The position numbers were made by a program, and so were the translations under genes. Below are positions 8,443-13,170 of a stretch of 13,170 nucleotides of DNA, in pieces. Each line of letters starts with the position of its first letter. The first letter of the stretch is position 1. Location of the stretch: NCBI GenBank assembly GCA_043821645.1, contig JBDRCO010000078.1, positions 1 through 13,170 of the forward strand, written 5' to 3'. The stretch comes from Pseudomonadota bacterium (lineage in GTDB: Bacteria; Myxococcota; JACRCW01; JAFGSX01). The notes below the pieces were generated by a model. That model ran no database searches. It worked only from the letters and a program-made list of their open reading frames with translations, and was not told the origin of the DNA.

Positions 8443-9048
8443 ATGCAGAGCAACAGGCCACAGGCAAGACAGCACATGGGTCCCGAGAGCGAGGACGCCC
8501 TCATCGACCGCGTGGTGCACATCAACCGCGTGGCGAAGGTGGTCAAGGGCGGCCGTCGTTTCAGCTTCAGTGCGCTGGTCGTGGTCGGCGACGGCCAGGG
8601 CAAGGTGGGTGTGGGGCTTGGCAAGGCACACGAGGTGCCGGAGGCGATCCGCAAGGGCACCGAGCGCGCCAAGAAGAGCCTGGTGGAGATCCCGCTGCAG
8701 GGAACCACCATCCCGCATCCCGTGACCGGCCACTATGGCGCCGGCCGCGTGCTCCTCAAGCCGGCGTCTGAAGGTACCGGTGTCATCGCGGGCGGCCCCG
8801 TGCGCGCGGTGGTCGAGAGCGCGGGCGTCACCAACATCCTGACCAAGTGTCTGGGGACCAACAACCCCCACAACGTGGTGCGCGCGACCCTGAATGCGCT
8901 CATGAGCCTGCGCAGCGCGACACAGCATGCGAGTCGGCGCGGGGTCGAGCTCGAGAATGCGGCGCCCGAGCGTGCCGCCGCCGCACCGGCCGTGGTCGAG
9001 GTGGTGCGCGCCAAGCCCGCCGCGAAGACGGATGGAGAGGCGTCATGA
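8443..9048 (+). CDS. rpsE: 30S ribosomal protein S5 (uS5) with an Ala/Pro-rich C-terminal tail
   Basis: [46 protein letters not shown] and NPHNVVRAT motifs. Confidence 0.99.
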   Translation: MQSNRPQARQHMGPESEDALIDRVVHINRVAKVVKGGRRFSFSALVVVGDGQGKVGVGLGKAHEVPEAIRKGTERAKKSLVEIPLQGTTIPHPVTGHYGAGRVLLKPASEGTGVIAGGPVRAVVESAGVTNILTKCLGTNNPHNVVRATLNALMSLRSATQHASRRGVELENAAPERAAAAPAVVEVVRAKPAAKTDGEAS

Positions 9049-9299
9049 GCAAGATTCACGTCAAGCAGGTTCGCAGCGAGATCACCCAGCCCGAGAATCA
9101 GAAGCTGACCTTGCGCGGCCTCGGTCTCAAGCGTCGCGGCCAGGCGGTCGTGGTGCGCGATACCCCGGCCATCCGGGGGATGATCCGCAAGGTGCAGCAC
9201 CTCGTGGAGGTGCAGGTGACCGAGGGCGAGGCCGAGCTGTTCGGCATCCGCCATCGCACCAACCGTCCCAAGCGCAGTCGTCCCCGGCCGGCCGAGTAG
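9045..9299 (+). CDS. rpmD: 50S ribosomal protein L30 (uL30) with a basic C-terminal extension
   Basis: Embedded in track ORF 8847..9299. True start is ATG 9045, overlapping the rpsE stop (ATGA). [18 protein letters not shown] and [16 protein letters not shown] are L30 motifs. 84 aa. Confidence 0.96.
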   Translation: MSKIHVKQVRSEITQPENQKLTLRGLGLKRRGQAVVVRDTPAIRGMIRKVQHLVEVQVTEGEAELFGIRHRTNRPKRSRPRPAE

Positions 9300-9372
9300 C
9301 GGCCCCCACGCAGTCGATCTTCAAATCGGCGAGCTGCACCACCCACCCTGGGGCTGCGGCGAGGAGTGAGAG

Positions 9373-9819
9373 ATGTATCTGAGCAAGCTCGAGGCCCCCA
9401 AGGGCGCCACCCACAAAGAGAAGCGCCTTGGTCGCGGAGAGTCCAGCGGCCACGGCAAGACCAGCGGTCGCGGCGGCAAGGGCCAGAAGGCCCGCAAGAG
9501 CGGAAACGTGCGCGTCGGTTTCGAGGGCGGCCAGATGCCCATGTACCGTCGCCTGCCCAAGCGGGGATTCAAGAACCCCTTCCGGGTCGAATTGCCCATC
9601 GTCAACGTGTCTGCCCTGGCCAGGATCTTCGAGGCTGGCAGCCAGATCGATCTCAGTGCGGTCAAGGAGAAGGGGCTGGTCCACCGTCGCGCTCCGGGGT
9701 ACAAGGTCCTGGGCAACGGTGAAATCGACAGGGCCCTGGCCATCAAGGCCAACAAGTTCTCGGCCAGCGCCAAGGAGAAGATCGAGAAGGCTGGCGGGAG
9801 CGCCGAGATCGTCGACTGA
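9373..9819 (+). CDS. rplO: 50S ribosomal protein L15 (uL15)
   Basis: [49 protein letters not shown] and [14 protein letters not shown]. Confidence 0.99.
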   Translation: MYLSKLEAPKGATHKEKRLGRGESSGHGKTSGRGGKGQKARKSGNVRVGFEGGQMPMYRRLPKRGFKNPFRVELPIVNVSALARIFEAGSQIDLSAVKEKGLVHRRAPGYKVLGNGEIDRALAIKANKFSASAKEKIEKAGGSAEIVD

Positions 9820-9947
9820 GCCGCTGACAACGCAGGTCAGATGATCGCCGCGAGCCTCGCCTCTGCGCCGGCGAGGACAGTGCCGTCGGGAGCCGTGCTC
9901 GAGGGCAGAGGGGATGCCCGCCGCCCCCTCAGGAAAAGGAGACAACC

Positions 9948-11291
9948 TTGGCCTCCGCCGTCACCAAGATCTTTCAGATCCCCGAGCTGCGCAAGCGCAT
10001 CCTGTTCACGCTGGCGTTGCTGGCGGTCTATCGCATAGGCATCTTTGTCACCACGCCGGGTGTCGACGCAGGCGTGATGCGCGAGATCCTCAACACCAGC
10101 GCGTCGAGCGGTGGTGGTTTCCTCAACCTGTTCAACTTCTTCTCGGGTGGTGCGCTCGAGCGGCTCAGCGTGTTCGCGCTGGGCATCATGCCCTACATCT
10201 CGTCGTCCATCATCTTCCAGCTGCTCACCGTGGTCATCCCGGCCATCGAGCGGCTGCAGAAGGAAGGCGACCAGGGTCGGCGCAAGATCACGCAGTACAC
10301 CCGCTATGGAACCATCGTCATCTCGGTGGTGCAGGGCATCTCCATCGCCGCATACCTCGAGACCCTCAACCACAACGGCCATCCGGTGGTGCAGCCCGAG
10401 TGGATGGGCTGGGGATTCAAGGCCCTCACGGTGATCACGCTGACCGCTGGCACGGCCTTCATCATGTGGCTGGGCGAGCAGATCACCGAGCGTGGCATCG
10501 GCAACGGCATCTCGCTGATCATCTTTGCCGGCATCGTGGCGCGGCTTCCGGCGGCCAGCTTGCAGACCGGTGAGTTCATTCGCGAGGAGATCCTGAAGCC
10601 CTTCACCGTGGTCTCGATCCTGGTGGGCATGGTCGTGGTCATTGGCTTCATCGTGTTCATGGAGCGCGGCCAGCGACGCATCCCTGTGCAGTACGCCAAG
10701 CGGGTGGTGGGCAACAAGCAGTACGGCGGCCAGAGCACGCACCTGCCTCTCAAGGTCAACACGTCGGGTGTGATTCCCCCCATCTTCGCGTCGTCCATCT
10801 TGATGTTCCCGTCGACCCTGGCAGGCTTCTTTGACAGCGTCTGGATCCAGCGCCTGCAGGGTGCGTTGCAGCCCGGAGCCTGGGCCTATGATCTGGTCTA
10901 CGTGCTGCTGATCATCTTCTTCTGCTACTTCTACACGGCGGTGACCTTCAACCCCGTCGACGTGGCCGACAACCTCAAGAAGTTCGGTGGCTATATCCCG
11001 GGCGTGCGGCCCGGCAAGCAGACCGCGGAGTACATCGATCGCGTGCTCACGCGCATCACCTTCGGTGGTGCCCTCTACATCTCTGCCGTGTGCGTGCTGC
11101 CGACGCTGCTCATTGCCCAGTTCAACGTACCGTTCTACTTCGGGGGCACGTCCCTGCTCATCGTCGTGGGCGTGGCCCTGGACACGGTGCAGCAGATCGA
11201 GGGCCATCTCATCACCCGGCACTACGACGGCTTCACGGGGCCCCGTGGTCCGCGGATTCGCGGCCGGTCGCGAGCCTCTGCCTCGGCATAG
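9948..11291 (+). CDS. secY: Preprotein translocase subunit SecY, TTG start
   Basis: [66 protein letters not shown] and [12 protein letters not shown] motifs. SD AAGGAG at 9936-9941. Confidence 0.99.
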   Translation: MASAVTKIFQIPELRKRILFTLALLAVYRIGIFVTTPGVDAGVMREILNTSASSGGGFLNLFNFFSGGALERLSVFALGIMPYISSSIIFQLLTVVIPAIERLQKEGDQGRRKITQYTRYGTIVISVVQGISIAAYLETLNHNGHPVVQPEWMGWGFKALTVITLTAGTAFIMWLGEQITERGIGNGISLIIFAGIVARLPAASLQTGEFIREEILKPFTVVSILVGMVVVIGFIVFMERGQRRIPVQYAKRVVGNKQYGGQSTHLPLKVNTSGVIPPIFASSILMFPSTLAGFFDSVWIQRLQGALQPGAWAYDLVYVLLIIFFCYFYTAVTFNPVDVADNLKKFGGYIPGVRPGKQTAEYIDRVLTRITFGGALYISAVCVLPTLLIAQFNVPFYFGGTSLLIVVGVALDTVQQIEGHLITRHYDGFTGPRGPRIRGRSRASASA

Positions 11292-11299
11292 ACCTCCTG

Positions 11300-11328
11300 T
11301 TGAACACTTGGCGGCGCATTGCTAGCGT
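11300..11328 (+). promoter_or_regulatory. Putative sigma70-type promoter for the lipoprotein gene
   Basis: TTGAAC (11300-11305), a 17 bp spacer, then TAGCGT (11323-11328), preceded by an extended -10 TG at 11320-11321. It sits in the 46 nt secY-lipoprotein gap. Confidence 0.45.
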
Positions 11329-11337
11329 CGCTCCATC

Positions 11338-12981
11338 ATGATGACACGTCGCAATTCTCACCGGCCCTGTCGAGGTCGGGCAGTGTTCATTCTCCTCGCT
11401 CTGGGCGTGCTCGGCTGTCGGCGCGACGCGACGGCCACAGGTGGTCCCGCAGACACGCTGTCTGTCGAGGAAGACGCTGGTGCGCTGCCCTCGTCGCTGC
11501 CGGGTCTACCCCCTGTGGCCATCAACCTGGTCAACGGACGGCGTTACGGGGTACAGCTCTACGCTGGCCAGGACGTCGCAGAGGCGACAGCACGCCTGAA
11601 GTCACTCGAGGATCTGGGTTACAGCGGCGCCGTGCTGCGCGCGGACCTCGGTGACAAGGGCGTGTGGCATCGGGTAGTGGTGGGAGATCTCGGTCGCCGC
11701 GACCTGGCCGAACTCCTGGGCCAGCGCGCCATCCAGGACCCGCGCGTGCGCGCTGTGCTGCCGCCTGTGGCCGAGGGGGAACCCGCGTTTGTGGTGCGTG
11801 ACGACCTGTCGCCGGTGGAGGTGGCCCCCCGGGCTGCTCGCGCGGCTCTTCAACTCGCTGCGGGACAGACCCTCCAGGCGTCCCTGGTTCGTCTGGCCCC
11901 AGGCCAGCCCAGGGGCCTGCTGGTACAGGTCTCGGGGGATGCGCGGGCGCGGCCCGTGGACGCCAGCGGCACCATCGGAGCGCCGTGGCCTGCACCGAGC
12001 TATCCGGGCTGCGCCGTGTGCACGCTTCGAGCAGCGTCGTCGCGAGCCCGGGCGGTGCGCGTGTTGATGGCCGATGACCTCGCCGGCGATGCCGCCAGCG
12101 AGGTGTTGCTCGAGTTCGAGCTGGTGGACGGTACCCGCCTGGCATCGCTATTCCGTGCAGGTCCTGCTGCGCCGACCGAGCTTCTGGGATTCGTGATCAC
12201 CATGCAGGACCCCAATCTTCAGACCCTGACCTCCTGGGCGCCCGTCGAGGTGGACGGAGACGCCGGGGCGGAGCTGCGGCTGAGCGCCGACAGGCTCATC
12301 ACCCACGAGGGCGACCTGTGTCAGGTCGAGCGCCAGATCCGGATCGTTGAGATCGACGACGGCGGGGCTCGCGTGGTCGATGGCGCCACCTTCGAGGCAC
12401 TGGCCCGGGCTCCCCTGGATGAGGCGAGGCCGCGCTTCGACAAGCTGGTCGCAGCCGCGGGCAAGGAACCACAGTTGCTGCAGGTTCTCATCGACGCCGC
12501 AGGCTTTCTGGCCGCGGACAGCACGGCGGGGGATGTCGACATCCAGCGCACCTTGTTCCGGGCTCTGGACGCCACCCGAGGCCCCCGGGCACCCTACACG
12601 CGACTGGCCGCTCTGGCTCGACTGGTCGCGCTGCGCTCCGAGTTCCGGGTGACCCTGGCGCCCCGCTTGCTCAAGCTTCTCGAAGAGCTGCTCGCGGACC
12701 GTCGGGTGAGCATCGACGTGCGCGGTTGTGATGAGCTACCCCTGGAGCGATCTGGAAGCTGGACCGCACGACAGCGCGAGCGCTGGGTGGACGATGTCCG
12801 CCACGCCCTGGATCCCCGGGCCTTGCCGGCCCAGGTGTTCGCGGATCTTGCCGCGGCCTACGGTCCGACCACGCCGGTGGGGTTGCTTGTCGACGAGCTG
12901 GTGTCCCGTCTGCAACCTGCCGCGCCAGCTCACGCAGCGGTGCGCCAGGCCATGGATCGTGCGCGCTCCGGCGTGAGGTGA
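11338..12981 (+). CDS. Probable lipoprotein with an N-terminal SPOR (peptidoglycan-binding) domain and an uncharacterised C-terminal region
   Basis: Basic n-region, hydrophobic AVFILLALG and lipobox-like VLG-C27. Residues ~69-154 (YGVQLYA..AEATARLKSLEDLGY..KGVWHRVVVG..AFVVR) match the SPOR fold pattern. 547 aa ORF, co-directional with neighbours. Start is ATG 11338 or 11341. Confidence 0.7.
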   Translation: MMTRRNSHRPCRGRAVFILLALGVLGCRRDATATGGPADTLSVEEDAGALPSSLPGLPPVAINLVNGRRYGVQLYAGQDVAEATARLKSLEDLGYSGAVLRADLGDKGVWHRVVVGDLGRRDLAELLGQRAIQDPRVRAVLPPVAEGEPAFVVRDDLSPVEVAPRAARAALQLAAGQTLQASLVRLAPGQPRGLLVQVSGDARARPVDASGTIGAPWPAPSYPGCAVCTLRAASSRARAVRVLMADDLAGDAASEVLLEFELVDGTRLASLFRAGPAAPTELLGFVITMQDPNLQTLTSWAPVEVDGDAGAELRLSADRLITHEGDLCQVERQIRIVEIDDGGARVVDGATFEALARAPLDEARPRFDKLVAAAGKEPQLLQVLIDAAGFLAADSTAGDVDIQRTLFRALDATRGPRAPYTRLAALARLVALRSEFRVTLAPRLLKLLEELLADRRVSIDVRGCDELPLERSGSWTARQRERWVDDVRHALDPRALPAQVFADLAAAYGPTTPVGLLVDELVSRLQPAAPAHAAVRQAMDRARSGVR

Positions 12982-12987
12982 ACTGCG

Positions 12988-13170
12988 GTGAGGATCACAG
13001 CCAATCAGGTCACCATCGGGCGCATCGTGCTGTTGCCCATTCCCACAGGCATGCTGCTGTTCGGGCCAGTCGAGCTGCACTTCATTGCCCTGTTCATGTT
13101 CATCGCCATCGGGCTTGCCGACATCTGGGACGGCATGCTGGCGCGCCGGCAAGGTCCGACCCAGTTCGGT
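12988..13170 (+). CDS. CDP-alcohol phosphatidyltransferase family protein (PgsA-like), N-terminal fragment truncated by window end
   Basis: GTG 12988, with GAGG at 12975-12978, reads MRITANQVTIGRIVLLPIPTGMLLFGPVELHFIALFMFIAIGLADIWDGMLARRQGPTQFG. It has the (P/A)NxxTxxR start and the first half of the DxxDGxxAR...G...D family motif. Not in the ORF track because there is no stop in the window. Confidence 0.9.
   Translation, partial: MRITANQVTIGRIVLLPIPTGMLLFGPVELHFIALFMFIAIGLADIWDGMLARRQGPTQFG

Noticed and set aside
571-8847. Upstream-extended starts in the ORF track for rplD (571), rplP (4022), rpsQ (4719), rplN (5035), rpsN (6593), rplF (7375) and rpmD (8847)
   Set aside because: Downstream ATGs match the canonical N-termini and have SD-like sequences. 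The longer starts run through hairpin spacers, SD sequences or neighbouring genes.
1231-9947. Intergenic hairpins as a REP/MITE repeat family, CRISPR-like array or tRNA genes
   Set aside because: I found no shared primary sequence, regular spacing, terminal repeats or tRNA T/D-loop consensus among them.
9837-11222. 461 aa minus-strand ORF antisense to secY
   Set aside because: It lies almost wholly opposite a conserved essential gene and has no recognisable motif. Long antisense ORFs are expected from high-GC codon bias.
11234-11299. Perfect minus-strand SD (AGGAGGT, complement of 11292-11298) followed by an ATG and an 18-codon ORF antisense to the end of secY
   Set aside because: Only 2 nt between SD and ATG, too short for initiation, and the peptide has no supporting features.
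11309-11323. Sigma54-like TGGC...TTGCT motif upstream of the lipoprotein gene
   Set aside because: The GG to GC spacing is 9 nt (11312-11320), whereas sigma54 -24/-12 promoters require 10.
12736-13152. 138 aa minus-strand ORF at the window end
   Set aside because: It overlaps the + strand lipoprotein and the CDP-alcohol phosphatidyltransferase, which has a clear family motif.

Overview
High-GC bacterial housekeeping region with every supported gene on the + strand. It runs from the 3' end of tuf (EF-Tu) through the S10-spc ribosomal protein cluster (rpsJ, rplD, rplW, rplB, rpsS, rplV, rpsC, rplP, rpmC, rpsQ, rplN, rplX, rplE, rpsN[Zn-binding form], rpsH, rplF, rplR, rpsE, rpmD, rplO) to secY. 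After secY come a probable SPOR-domain lipoprotein and the 5' part of a CDP-alcohol phosphatidyltransferase (PgsA-like). The proteins look Myxococcota/deltaproteobacteria-like, which is an impression and not a search result. Departures from the canonical layout: (1) rplC (L3) is cleanly absent between rpsJ and rplD; (2) secY is not followed by adk/map/infA/rpmJ/rpsM; (3) 16 of the 21 junctions from tuf to secY are 30-150 nt spacers containing GC-rich stem-loops without U-tracts, including a multibranch candidate leader RNA that pairs over the rpsJ Shine-Dalgarno; (4) L5, L22, S5 and L30 carry terminal extensions. No mobile element, CRISPR array, tRNA or rRNA was seen. All RNA pairings were worked out by eye, not computed. 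I found no clear evidence for a wholly new multi-gene system. The best candidates for something undescribed are the rpsJ leader RNA, the hairpin-punctuated operon and the SPOR lipoprotein/phospholipid-synthase pair.
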